From positions 148,800,001-148,864,000 of the forward strand of contig OX597817.1 in assembly GCA_951406725.2 (NCBI GenBank): 64,000 nucleotides of DNA. The letters are read 5' to 3'. The notes beneath the pieces are model-generated. The model searched no databases. It had not been told where the DNA came from and saw nothing but the letters and a program-made list of their open reading frames with translations. How positions within the stretch are numbered: the stretch's first letter is position 1; every line of letters begins with the position of its first letter. The DNA is from Octopus vulgaris. Its lineage: Eukaryota. The translations under genes and the position numbers were made by a program. Shown piece after piece: positions 14,001 through 26,849 of the stretch.

Positions 14001-14422
14001 CTCCAATCCCCTACTAAGAGTAAAGGTCTAGACGTACCCAGGAAAACCTCTAGACGCCTGAAGAAATCCGCTCGACCCGTTAAGGACGGTACATAAACTG
14101 CCATCAGACGGAATGCACACCCATTTCTGCCATCCACGTCCAAGACAACCAGCCTACCCTCCGGGTCTAGGAATGTTGTTCTTACTTTTACATTTAGACT
14201 CTTTCGAAAAAGCACCGCGGTACCTCCACCACCCATGTTCGGCAGACAGGGAGAAAAATAAATGTCAAATTGATCGCCAAACATGGACGCGAGGGCCCGC
14301 GGCTTGCTGAGTCTGGTTTCACTGATACCTACTATATCCACGTTCTTGATGTCGTTTAGAAGGTAACCTTGCTTCCAAGCCGACGCCAAGCCACGCGCAT
14401 TCACACAACCTAATTTAAGCAT
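11061..14422 (-). pseudogene. ORF2 (APE endonuclease + reverse transcriptase + C-terminal CCHC) broken by stops and frameshifts
   Basis: NARGL/ISETR/VGDWSATLD (APE); GPGYWKLNTSLL and KSPGLDGLPYELY (L1/Tx1 hallmarks); RPVTLLNADLKILAK, LDQSKAFDRVDH, RQGCPLS, YADD (RT); CPRCGHSDETVLHALVQC. Spread over five ORF fragments. Confidence 0.93.
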
Positions 14423-14496
14423 AATTGATGTTTACGAAAATTGTATTTCACACACTACATTGGAAGAGACAAGAGGCAAGAGGGAAGGTCACTTAC

Positions 14497-15448
14497 TCAT
14501 TTCGAAAGTTTCATTTTTTCTTCTTCTTTTGTAGTATCTTTGATGAGGTGTTTGTATAGTTTTTTGGAGAGGTATCGTTGAAACCCGCCTACCGCATTTG
14601 GAAATATTGTTTTCAGTGTATGGTGTTGTGTTTGTGTTATGTGTACAATTTTTATGTGTTTCGGTGGTGTGGTGCGCGGATGATTATTTGTCTTAAGGTC
14701 ATCTTCACAGATGTCCGTGTTGGATGCAATGTAATCCATTAATTTTTTATTGTCTGTGTCTATTGCAGTTAGTTGTGTGTGTGGTTTTGCGGGTTCATTG
14801 ATTTTTTTATTGTCTAGGGGGATGCTGTCCGGAGTTAAATATCTCCCTGCTTTACTTCCTTGTTTGGTGAGCTTTTTTGATCTTTTCCTTTTACCCCCTG
14901 TGGCTATTTGCCATTCCGTCGAACTTTCGTCGTCCGACGAATCAGAAGGGGGTAAAGGCAAAGCATTTGCATTAATATGTATGTTAGGAAAAATTGTTGA
15001 TGTTTTGCGCGGTGTTTTGTGCGGTGTCTTTTTAATTGTTGTCCTCGGTTATGGTGTTGGTCTATCTTTTGGTTCAGCATGTTGAATTGGTTGCGACGTC
15101 AACAGTGATTGTGTTGGTACTGTTTCTTTTCTTGGTGGTGTTGTTGGGGTTTGTTGTTTTTCTTGGCATTGTTCCATAATTGAGTGTGTTGGTGTTGGTG
15201 TTGGTGTTGGCAACAAGAGTTTTTTATTTGTTCTTTCTTGCAGTAGTAGTCTCGTTGTTGTTGTTGTTAGTGGTGGTGGTGGTGGTGACAGGGCTGTTAC
15301 CGCAAGTGGTTGCAACGTTCACTACCTCGTCATTCAGGTTTGCACTTTGCGTGCATAAGTTCGTTTTTTCTCCTAGCGTTTCCAGACAAGGAAAATGTTG
15401 GTCCATAAAGGAACGCGACCAGCGTTCTACAATAAAATTTCTCGACAT
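14497..15448 (-). pseudogene. Putative ORF1 of the Tx1-like LINE, frameshifted and low-complexity
   Basis: Collinear fragments 15224-15448, 15049-15315 and 14497-14961 immediately upstream of ORF2. Contains an EWQIATGGKRKRSKK basic patch. Confidence 0.55.
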
Positions 15449-15540
15449 TTTTTAATGTCGAGAAGAAAATTACACAAAATATGGGCTATAAATAGCCAAA
15501 ATGAACGATTACCTTCGGAGCCGATGTGACAACACGCGTC

Positions 15541-15664
<124 letters not shown>

Positions 15665-16143
15665 TCAGGAAAGGTTAACCGACTAGCAGACTAGCAATAG
15701 CTATTACGACTGACCGTTCTCAGTGCACCACTAATTGCCTCGGTTTAATAATTTAAAGCGTACAACAGAATACAGAATACAACAGCAATATTTATCTAAT
15801 TTGAACTCCGCCCTTAGTAGAAGTTTATCCAGATATTAACGTTGTATGTCTCCTGAAAAATGCATAGTGATATTCAGTGAGGTATATTTTCCAACCGTTT
15901 AAAGAGCAATTAGCACAGAAATATTAAATCCGTTAGCCAATATATCATCAGGACTTCTGTCAAAAAAAGTTTAAACAATTCACCTAGTAATATGTCTCCT
16001 GGAACTGCACCAGGCAACCCAACATTTCCAAACATCAAAGTGAAGTGTAGAATGTAACCAATCGTAGAGAGAGTAGTGTTGAACGCAATTCAGTATCTAA
16101 TGAATCTATGCACATAGACGCACATATACGCATATATATATAT

Positions 16144-16188
<45 letters not shown>

Positions 16189-16368
16189 TATAAATATGTA
16201 TACTTATATACATATATATACATATACACATATGTATATATACATCTATATATATACATATATTTGAATATACACATTGATATGTATATACATATAAATA
16301 TATACAGCTATATATATATATGTATGTATTTATATATATGCATATACATGTGTATATTTAAATGTGAG

Positions 16369-16400
<32 letters not shown>

Positions 16401-16529
16401 CATACATATATATGTACACAGATTTACATATAGATATATATATACATATATATATATATGTATATATATACATATATATGCATGCAAATATATATATGTG
16501 TGTGTGTGATTGTGTGTATGTGTGTATAT

Positions 16530-16568
<39 letters not shown>

Positions 16569-16595
16569 CATGCATGTATATATATGGAAACACAG

Positions 16596-16635
<40 letters not shown>

Positions 16636-17479
16636 AGAGAGAGTCCTGGAAGAATATGACGGTTCTAATAAGTATACATTTCCTTTTCAGTACTGACTCT
16701 AGGCATTTAGCCAAATCATTTGAAGCTGACCGAATGGAGAACATCGAAGATAGTTCACTTATAAATGTAAAAGTGTAAAGTATCGGCTTTCTGTTAGAAT
16801 AATGCTATATCTTAACAGAGCTTTAGTCTTTTCTCTTGCTAGGCACTATCTACTACAACTAATGAGTAATATAATAGATGGAGAAAACAACCTTATGATG
16901 AAATATAATTATATGAAAGAAGAGTGAATTTCCCTATTCTTGTTGTATTCCAATGTTGCTATGCTAGCTATGTTAAGCCCTAAAGATTGTATTCACGTTG
17001 GATCATAAAGATTATGTAAAGGATGTGTACGACCAGAAGCTACCTACGCAACAGTCTTTCTGTTCTCGAATAATATAATCGCAAAAATGTAAAGGCTCAG
17101 GCATACTGGCAGTATTTTGGTCGAAAGCAATGCAGGTAACCTCTGTTCAGTAGAAATTCTTACGATTTTAAAGGGGGAGAGGCAATGGGTAGATTGGTCA
17201 AGGTAAATGTCGTTTTAAAAGCAGAAATAAACTTTGGTGAAAAGCATTTTTTGTGAAAAGCATTTATCGTTTCTGTGGAAGAACAAGACTGACTTAGAGA
17301 TTAAACAATGAATACACTCACTAAAGGTTTTGAGAAAATAACTCTGTACGAACTTTTGGCATCTAAGATTGTAAGTGGACCATATATAAACTATAACTGC
17401 TGCAATATTTTTTCACTTGCTAAATCTAGAAGAAGGGACAATTCCTACGATATTTGCAAGTTCTTGAAGGGTTTTTGTA

Positions 17480-17700
17480 TTTGATGCCGTTAATGTTCCG
17501 TTTCAACTGATGCAGGTGAGCACTTGCAGGAAACACATGAACAAAAGTGTCCAGGAAGATAAAGTTTTGCAGATGAGAATTGCAAATGTAAGTGTGTTGG
17601 AATACCCGAGTAATGGAGGTACAAGGTTTTTTAGTTCCGAGAGAGAGAGACAACAGAAGTAGCAACAGAAAAGAAAGAGACAATTTGTGCTAGGCAATGG
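17480..17700 (-). mobile_element. Degraded CR1/L2-group LINE 3' ORF2 remnant
   Basis: Fragments SELKNLVPPLL and HVFPASAHLHQLKRNIN resemble CR1/L2-group C-terminal motifs. Confidence 0.4.
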
Positions 17701-18224
17701 AGCTTGTCCGTTAGTGACAGACTACCAGGATATCTATGAATTTGTCAAAATATGGCTGGCTCTTGTTTCTTACTTCAGATCCGATTTGGTCAAAGAGAAA
17801 AATTATTAAAATCATAGAAGATAAAAAAATCCTGTCTTTTATTGTATCTAAAATGACACGATCAAATGTACCTTTTCAAATTTTAAACCAAAAGATGTGA
17901 TTGAAGGGCAACTAAATTGCTATTTTGATGGTTTGTATTATAAAAGTTTGAGAAAAGAGGTAACGGAAAATAATTACATTGTTTTCATACAGATATTTTC
18001 CAAAAGGGTTGTTTTCTTCATCTTAGGTACTAAGTTCAAATTCCGTCAGGTTCAACTTTATCTTTCATCCTTTTGGAGTCTATAGTACTGCTTGATCACT
18101 GGTGTCGATTTAATCCAGTTAGCCACTCCTCAAAACCTGCTGGCATTGTGCCAGAATTTGAAACCTATATTTTACATCGGAGCTCCTCCATCTGAAAATT
18201 TCGAACCTATATTTTACGTCTAAG

Positions 18225-20150
18225 CTCCTCCATCTGAAAGCCCTAACCTCTGCTGAGTAATACGCCAGCATTAGTGACTTTGTCATCAGAATTATCATGA
18301 ATACAAGAAAGCCAATTCTAGTCCACGTTGATTCCTTCTGGTGAAAAGAGAAAGCGAACCATTGTTCAAAGTCTTTGAGGGGATTAAAATCGCCGACCTC
18401 GTCGGGTTATTCATATCGGATAACTTCAAAAGACGTACCCACCCACATAGGTTGGCCCTCTATAGGGACGACGGCCTGGCTATCTCAAGCTATATGAAAG
18501 GCCACAAGATGGACAGGTTCAGGAAGAATTTGATAAAAATATTTAGGGTGTTCGGCCTCTTCATAACGGTCGATTTTTGGGGCGTAACCTTAGACCTGAG
18601 TATAGGCAAGTATTACGCGCACAGGAAGACTAACGAGGATACAGTATACATCCGCTAGAGCTCAAACCATCCCACTGCTGTAATTCGAAACCTGGCTCTT
18701 GGCATTAGTAAAAGACTATCTAACCTGTCGGCTAATAGAGGCATCTTTAACAGAGCTGCCTCCCACAAGAACGATGCTTTGGCTAGACGCGGGTTTACTG
18801 AGAAGCTCGCGTATGTGGGCAACCCCCAAACATCCTCTCCTCACGCAAAAACGATTAGGGGAAGAGACATTATATGGTATAATGCCCCTTTTAACATGGA
18901 CTTTTCCACCAACGTAGCTAAAGGCTTCCTGCCATTAAGAAACACTTTCCCAAAGGCCATCAGTATTACAAACTCTTCAGCCCTCCCCCAATAATGTCAA
19001 GGTGAACTGTTCCTGCTTACACAACATTGCATGCATCAACAGACGCAAAAATGCACCCATACCACCCCAACCACAACCTGCAACTGCTGAAACCCCACCA
19101 TGTGCACTTTAGAAGGATCTTGTTTCTCAAGGGCCGTTATATACAGAGCCACTCTTACACCATCCGATGACATTACTAGGCACTATGCGGGTATGACAAC
19201 TAATGACTTCAAGGGAGGGTACTCCCAGCATGTGCACTCGTTTAGATCCAGGGACAGAGAGAACTCTACTTCCCTTTCTCGTTTTCTCTGGAGACTCCGT
19301 GATCTTCGAGTTGAAATACCCAGCATCATGTCTACAGAGCGTCACCATATTCACCCGGCGCCCCGGCTGCCAGCTCTGCTCACACGAAAAACTGCATATC
19401 CTCCAACAACCCGCAGTATCCATCAACAAGAAATACCACATTCGCACCAGCTGCTTCTCTACACCACCTGCACCAAGGTCACCACTCGCAACCAACCCCC
19501 TGGGCCGGACCGATATTTACTAATTACCAACGTTCACCAAATTCCAACGCTTGTTTTGGGCGTATATACTCGCACATGCGCGTGTTCAGATGCTTATGTG
19601 GACGCGCATGCGTATGTGCGTGCTCACTGGTATGCATGCGTACATACATGCGAATATACATAGGTACATATGAATGAATACTCGTGTATGTGTGTACATG
19701 CATGCGTGTGCGTATGTATGTGTGCATGTGCACACTTGCATATTCGTCCAATCTTGTGCGTATGCAGACGCTCGCGCCCATGTACAGATGCGCGCACTCG
19801 CATCAATACTATATGAGCGCTTCTACACACCCAATTATAAAACTATGTACTTGCATATGTCACCCCTTCCCACTTCCCACCCAACGACCTGACCGATTTC
19901 TAAATGCCATGTGATCTATTTCCTGTCCTCCACGTGGTCAATTTCCTGTTTGCTATACGGTATTTTCCACTTATCCGTTACCCATATACCAACATCAAGC
20001 TACGACACCACGTGACCATCTTCGACCAGTCGCAGCCCACGTTACAGCAATAATAATCAACGTCTGTCATTCAAATCTAAAATGGCTGACGACTATCCTC
20101 ACGCTTGAAACCCAAGAAGTTAAGATGATGTGACAGCTGCAGATACATTC
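18225..20150 (+). mobile_element. Penelope-like element, Naiad-like (RT + GIY-YIG), 5'-truncated and decayed
   Basis: IADLVGLFI, LYRDDGLAI, FWGVTLDL, IIWYNAPFNMDFSTNVAKGFL, CNC*NPTMCTLEGSC, VIYRATL...HYAGMTTNDFKGGYSQHVHSF, CQLCSHEKLHIL. Degenerate CTGACGA...GAAAC at 20086-20111. Confidence 0.85.
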
Positions 20151-20179
20151 ATACATAGCAAGAGAATGAGTGAGGTGGG

Positions 20180-20261
<82 letters not shown>

Positions 20262-21379
20262 GGGAGAGAGAGATAATAAGTAGTAATTTTGCAACTGTAT
20301 CTGTCAGGTTGTTTTTAAATTTTACCTGGAAAAAAAACATGACAGAATATGTTTATAGTTGTTTCATTGAGTTACTAATTTAACAATCAATTTAAGATCA
20401 AAGTCTTTTCTGTCTCGTCGTTACTTACCTACACTGCTATTTCAATAGTTGTAGCAATCTTTCAAACCAATTCCAAAGAATACATCCATGTAATCGAACG
20501 AAATGGGCAATTAACTACGACCGTTATTAGCTATTGATTTCCCTTCTGGTTGCAGAGTTCATTTTAAGCGGTCACCATCGCCGCACTAAGAGGAAGAACT
20601 GATCGAGAGACGCATAGAAACAAGAACAGAACACAGTCAGACTGACACTCACCCCAGCGTATACACATACGCTCATGATTTAATGCCAATATATAAAATT
20701 ATGTGTGTGTCTGTGTGTGTTTGCTTGTGTATGTGTGTGTGTTTATGTAAGTGTGTGTATGTGAAACCGTTAACCGGAAAGTGCTTTATCACGATTTACT
20801 ACTGCGTTACTAATAGATTAACTCCATATGAATGAACAAAGACTTTGCTTTGTTGATCAACCGAATATTAGTACGTTTCGATATTGCCTGCAACATTCTT
20901 TTCCATCCCCACTCTTACTCTTTCTCTCCTCCTTTTACTCTTGCATCTCACCATCCTTATCGTGTTCATCCTCATCATGATCAACACAATTATTTATATC
21001 CACCCTCAATCATCAAAAGAATAAAAAAAATACTACTTGTTTCGTACAATGATTTGCTTTACTTTTGGAAGACTAACTTCAAACAATACAATATTATAGT
21101 GTGTATCATTGTAAAGCGAAATTCAAAGGAAATGAAGCACTTTGAAATGTCTTCAAATCTTAAGTCTATCCTCCGTGTCACCAATTCCTTTATAAGATGT
21201 TAATTCATTGACGTCTTCAAAGGAACTTCTCTCTGCTATTCAACTGCTATTCCAAAGCCGAGATTTAGCTGTGCTCAGTTATTTTAGACCAATATATTCA
21301 ATCAGGTACTATATAATTTTTTTTTTACTTTTTTTTAATATAGGTCCTTGTTTTGTCCCAATGATACTTTAACTAAACA

Positions 21380-21630
21380 AGAGAATACAGGTCAGGATAA
21401 TGTGGAGACCGTAATGGGAAGTAACATGCTTTCCTGCAGAGAGGGAGAGAGAAAGAGAGAGGTGTTAAATGGTTTACTGGAACCAGGGTCCTCTCGCTGC
21501 TCAGGAGTCTTGAACTAGAAGAGTAAAAATGTTGCCGGAAAATTGTCGGAAGTCGCTGAGAAAGCAAGCCATTACATCCGTCTCAAGAGAAAGCGCATCT
21601 GGAGCAGCATCAACGAACGAACACTGAGGA
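21380..21630 (+). mobile_element. Probable HERO/RLE-type non-LTR retrotransposon C-terminal remnant
   Basis: WEVTCFPAE...RGVKWFTGTRVLSLLRSL...LSEVAEKASHYIRLKRKRIW resembles the PVEVGCRGF...AEKASxWLWLRR end of HERO-clade ORFs. Confidence 0.45.
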
Positions 21631-21655
21631 TGTTAGAAATATCTGACCCAAAGAA

Positions 21656-22059
21656 GGCGGCGGCTGGCAGAAACGTTAGCGCGCCGGGCGAAATACTTAG
21701 CGGTATTTCGTCTGCCGGTACGTTCTGAGTTCAAATTCCGCCGAGGTCGACTTTACCTTTCGTCATTTAGGAGTCGATTAAATAAGTACCAGTTACGCAC
21801 TAGGGTCGATATAATCGACTTAAACCGTTTGTCTGTCCTCTCTATGTTTAGCCCCTTGTGGGAAGTAAAGAAATAGGTATTTCGTCTGCCGCTACGTTCA
21901 AAGTTCAAATTCCACCAAGGTCGACTTTGCCTTTTATCCTTTCGGGGTCGATTAAATAAGTGCCAGTTACGCACTGGGGTCGATATAATCGACTTAATTC
22001 GTTTGTCTATCCTTGTTTGTCCCCCCAGTGTGTAGCCCCTTGTGGGCAGTAAAAAAATA
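21656..22059 (+). mobile_element. SINE family 1 dimer, tail type B, with 21-bp TSD
   Basis: Full unit plus a second unit starting at ggtatttcgtctgcc. TSD agaaatatctgacccaaagaa (21635-21655, 22060-22080). Confidence 0.92.
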
Positions 22060-23304
22060 AGAAATATCTGACCCAAAGAAACCACATTTAACTGCACAAA
22101 ACTCATGCTGTAGTGCCGACGTTTTATCGGTTCCATGGAAAGCTGGCGTTTGGCAGCTCCACTGTCGCGGTGGAAGTGATCGACATACCTACAGATCTGC
22201 TTCACTACCTAATATGACATTGATTCCTGCATTTGGAGACCGACTATACCGGCATCCTTAGAATGTGCATCTATTGTGAGCACTTTTAAAGCGTACGAAT
22301 TCTGACTGGCATTTGTGTGATGCGCTTTCTATCAACAACCAAATTTGATATATTTATTCAGATGTAGCTCAATGATTTTTACCAAACAACTGGTTCTTAC
22401 TTTGCTTTTCCCTTATGCTATGAACACATATACAGCATACGATGTGCTAATTCGCCCTAGCGTAATATACTGTGATTCTACAAGCAAATTTACGAAACAG
22501 GTACTCAGACTGTAATTAAGTATTAGTACCATGTACGTGGCTAGTACCACTCAATTTTTACCTCACGTTCACGCGACAATCTGTTCTGATCAAGGAGAAG
22601 TATTTTTTTACGAACTCAAGATGTGTGCCTAAGAGTTATTAAATGTGGTCACAAGGAAAATTTATGCGGCATTACACAATGATTTAGATTTAACATTAAA
22701 AAAAAAAATCTCCAAAACAAATTTGATTTCACTCAACTACCAGTTGCACTACCACTACTAGATAGAGACTAAAATTACGGAGCGGTGATAGAAGGCGTAT
22801 CATAACCATATATGCTAATAAAGAAAACGGAATTTGAGGAATGTATTTTGGCTGATACTCACCGCATACTCATTAACAGACGGCACTGACTAAAGCTCAA
22901 CCAACGATTTACTCAAATAATCATTCTCAGAATGATTTGTGAAGTTAAAATTTTATTAGCAATTACTCCGTTATTGGATAGAGGGAAGCAGCATTACATT
23001 GTTGATCATTAAAAAAGATTAATCTCGATATCTTTAAAAATCTTGATAGTTACTCTTGACAGTTAAAAAATAAATTTTCAATGTTTTTCCATCATTACTA
23101 TTATGGTAGAAAAAATTTTGTCCTTGCATTGTTCTATATTAATTTTGCTAAGTACAATCAAAATCAAAAACAAAAAAAAACATAAAAAATAATTAAGCAG
23201 GCCTCCTTGTGAACAATACGCTCTCACAAAACCCCACAGGAACAGAAATACGGAAAGGTTTCCGGTTACGAAAGAACAGATTATCTCCTTGTTTACCTTC
23301 TTTT

Positions 23305-23675
23305 ATTTCTTTCACTCATTGGACTGCGGCCGTGCTGGGGCACCGCCTTTAAGAGTTTTAGTTGTAGAAATCAACCCCAGCACTTCATTTGTAAAAACCT
23401 GATACTTACTTTATCGGCTTTTATTAAGTATCTGCTGCGTTACGGGGACATAAACAAACCAACGCAGTTTTCAATCTGTGGGGGATACAAACACAGACAC
23501 AAATACACATAGACATATAATAAAGATGACGAGCTTCCACAGAGATTCCATTCGCCAAATTAACTGACAAGACGTTTTTCGCCCAGAGCCTAAAGCAGAC
23601 GACATTTTGACCGAGTTGTCACGCGCAGAAACTCAATCCAATGTCACGTGGTTGCAAAGCGGATTTCTTCATGAA
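23305..23675 (-). mobile_element. SINE family 2, diverged
   Basis: gactgcggccgtgctggggcaccgcc...gttacggggacataaac...gtcacgtggttgcaaagc. Confidence 0.75.
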
Positions 23676-23960
23676 GGCTAATTTCAGATACATATTGTTC
23701 AATTCTAAGTTCCTTACAAGCAGAGATCCGTTTTGGCTGCATTCCATCCACGGTCGATTAAATAAGTACCCCGCAACTAACATACTCGATATAATAGATT
23801 CTATCGATTACTCCCAATTGATTGATCTTGTATCCACGTTGCAAACAATTTCTATTATTTTGTTCGATATTTTTAACATTTCTACAAGTTTTCACCAAAA
23901 ACCGGTTCAGCAGCTCGTCATTAATACTATAAAAAGGAATGTTGTTGTTGTTGTTGTTGC

Positions 23961-24006
<46 letters not shown>

Positions 24007-24559
24007 GGTGGTGGTGGTGATGATGATTAAAACCAGTCGCTGAGGCTACAACCCGCACAAAATTTAAAATAAATTATATTTAGACACAATGTACTTGAAT
24101 AATTCCTCATAGTTACTTTGCTGCTATTTCCAGCAAATACAATCACCATATGGATATCTTTTGCACTTTAGCAGAAAATTAGCATAGTATAATTTTTAAC
24201 TTGCGGGCATTAACTTAGATGTTATACTCCAAAGTTTATCTTAGTAGCAATCCGTACAAAATTGCATCTGCACCTACAAAATATTGCATATTTCTTGCCA
24301 TATGCTATTGTATAGATTTGGATGAATTCTAGAGCAATCCGTACAAATTATTGATAAACCGTCGTATTTATACATGATTCAAGACACAAAGAAAAGCGGC
24401 CATATGTACATATACATATATACATACATACATACATACATACATACATACATACATACATACATACATACATACATACATACATACATACATACATACG
24501 TACGTACACACACACGTATGCGCATTAATATGTACTTACACATACACACACATATCTAT

Positions 24560-24851
24560 AAATACAGTGTACATTTAAACACATAAGCGGTAGCCAGCAT
24601 AGGACTACCTACACGCTAGAGAGGACAGTAAAATTCCGAAGCACTATTAGAGATAAAAATTGAAGGGAATGAAAAATGAAAAATATTTACCATCTAACCC
24701 CTGGAGCATTGGCTTCAGACTTTTTTTAACAAATAAAAGAAGTTGATAGGTGAAGCCTTCTGCAACAGGTATACCATAGATTAAATATATATATACACGA
24801 GGCCACTGGTGATAGAAATTTCTAATATTTCCGATTACATTTTGATAACTT

Positions 24852-24855
<4 letters not shown>
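24560..24855 (+). repeat. Dispersed (TA)n-flanked repeat, second copy at 38090-38236 (-)
   Basis: Blocks atacagtgtacatttaaacaca...cataggactacctacacgctaga and actggtgatagaaatttcta match the reverse complement of 38090-38236. Confidence 0.6.
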
Positions 24856-24933
<78 letters not shown>

Positions 24934-25193
24934 TGGATATGTACGTGCAATTTTCTCGGTGAGTATAGACCTGCGCGTGCGTAGATTAATATATCAACAT
25001 ATAATACATAGGCGTTGAGTACTCTCGTCTCTTATATATGACAATAAAATATACATGATACATACATGCATACACATATGTACTAAGGTCTACCAGAGTG
25101 TATATTCGTGTGTGTGTGTATGTATATATATATATAAATAAGCATATAAACATATACATAATTTGCATGTATATTATATATGCATGCTATATA

Positions 25194-25273
<80 letters not shown>

Positions 25274-25715
25274 TATGTACATATACAAATAAATATATAT
25301 ATATACATATGTATATATAAACATATACACATATATATATATATATGTGCAATGATATATATATGTGTGTGCGTGTTGTGTGTGTGTTTGTATATGTATA
25401 TGTCTACGGTATACCCGTACACATTTCCGTAAACCTACGCAACTGTATATATTTCTGTGTACGTTTCTGTATGTATTTATAGATGTACGCACATATGTAT
25501 TCATTATGAACATAACTCATATAGGTAATACGTATATACTACCCGAAATCAACTACATACATACACAAACACACACACGCGCGCGGTTGCGTGCGCGTGT
25601 GTATATATATATATGTGTGTGTGTGTTTGTGCATGTATATATGCATATGTATATAAATCTATATATATACATATGTATGTATACATATATGTATATATAT
25701 ATATATGTGTATATA

Positions 25716-25809
<94 letters not shown>

Positions 25810-25943
25810 CACGCATGTGCCGTTCGACATGGTATAAGTGGTAATTGTGCCGAAGACAATTCCCCCTGTCATCACTTTCACATCTCTTGCCATTATTACT
25901 CTGACACACACTGACAGACACACACACGCAGACACACACACAC

Positions 25944-25980
<37 letters not shown>

Positions 25981-26594
25981 CAGTGGCACTGGCAACAAAG
26001 CCTTCCTTCTTTTTGCATACTGCAGATGTCACTTCAATCAGCACATACAAGCTGGAGTGAGACTTTGAAGAGAATGCATGATGATTTGAGAAAGTCTTAA
26101 TAGCAGCCAGGTGACATCCCATACAACAGAATCATATCGCCTCGCGGCTCCGTTATACGCACACAGACACACACGCACACACACATGCATATACTCACAC
26201 ATACATACACACATACATAATACATACATATATACATACATATATACATACATACATACATACATACATACATACATACATACATACATGCATGCAGACA
26301 TACACAGGCACACACATATATATTTATATGTCGGTGCATATGCGTGTTAGAATAGTACCAAGTGAATGTTAGGGATGTGTACATATACAATAGCTGGTGA
26401 TGCTGAATATTGGATAATGAATATATTATTGCATATACAGATATACACTCACATATTCATGCAAGCATATACATACACGCACGAACAGTTTCATGTAGAC
26501 ACACGCCTACACACGCACAAACTCGCACACATACACACGCAGATATATATATATATATAATTATACATATGTGTGTGTATACATACACACACAT

Positions 26595-26627
<33 letters not shown>

Positions 26628-26849
26628 CATATATGTGTGTGTATATACATAAAAAAACATATATATATATGTATGTATGTATGTGTTATATATGTATCTA
26701 TGTATGTATAAATAAATACATATATGCAAGTCAGATGAAATGCCTGCCTAATGTCTAAAACGATAAGCATTACGTAAATTTTCTCTTCGAACTTTTGCAG
26801 AAACTGACATTACAAACAGAGATGGTACAGACACAATACTAACTAATCA

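Larger units (their letters stand above)
10774..15540 (-). mobile_element. Near full-length L1/Tx1-clade non-LTR retrotransposon, disrupted
   Basis: Short 5'UTR, ORF1-like region, APE-RT ORF2, 3'UTR with AATAAA. Bounded on both sides by (GATA)n. Confidence 0.93.

Noticed and set aside
11185-15455. Plus-strand ORFs overlapping the LINE
   Set aside because: Antisense shadows of GC-rich ORF1/ORF2 sequence with no independent motifs.
15840-16060. Possible host exon on the minus strand (GNVGLPGAVPGDILLG...)
   Set aside because: Short, frame not sustained, no recognisable domain or convincing splice pair.
19081-19095. In-frame TGA beside the Naiad-like Cys motif as possible selenocysteine
   Set aside because: All four Cys of CxCx5Cx5C are normal codons. 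The TGA (19088-19090) follows CNC and is best explained as CGA-to-TGA decay in an element with many other lesions.
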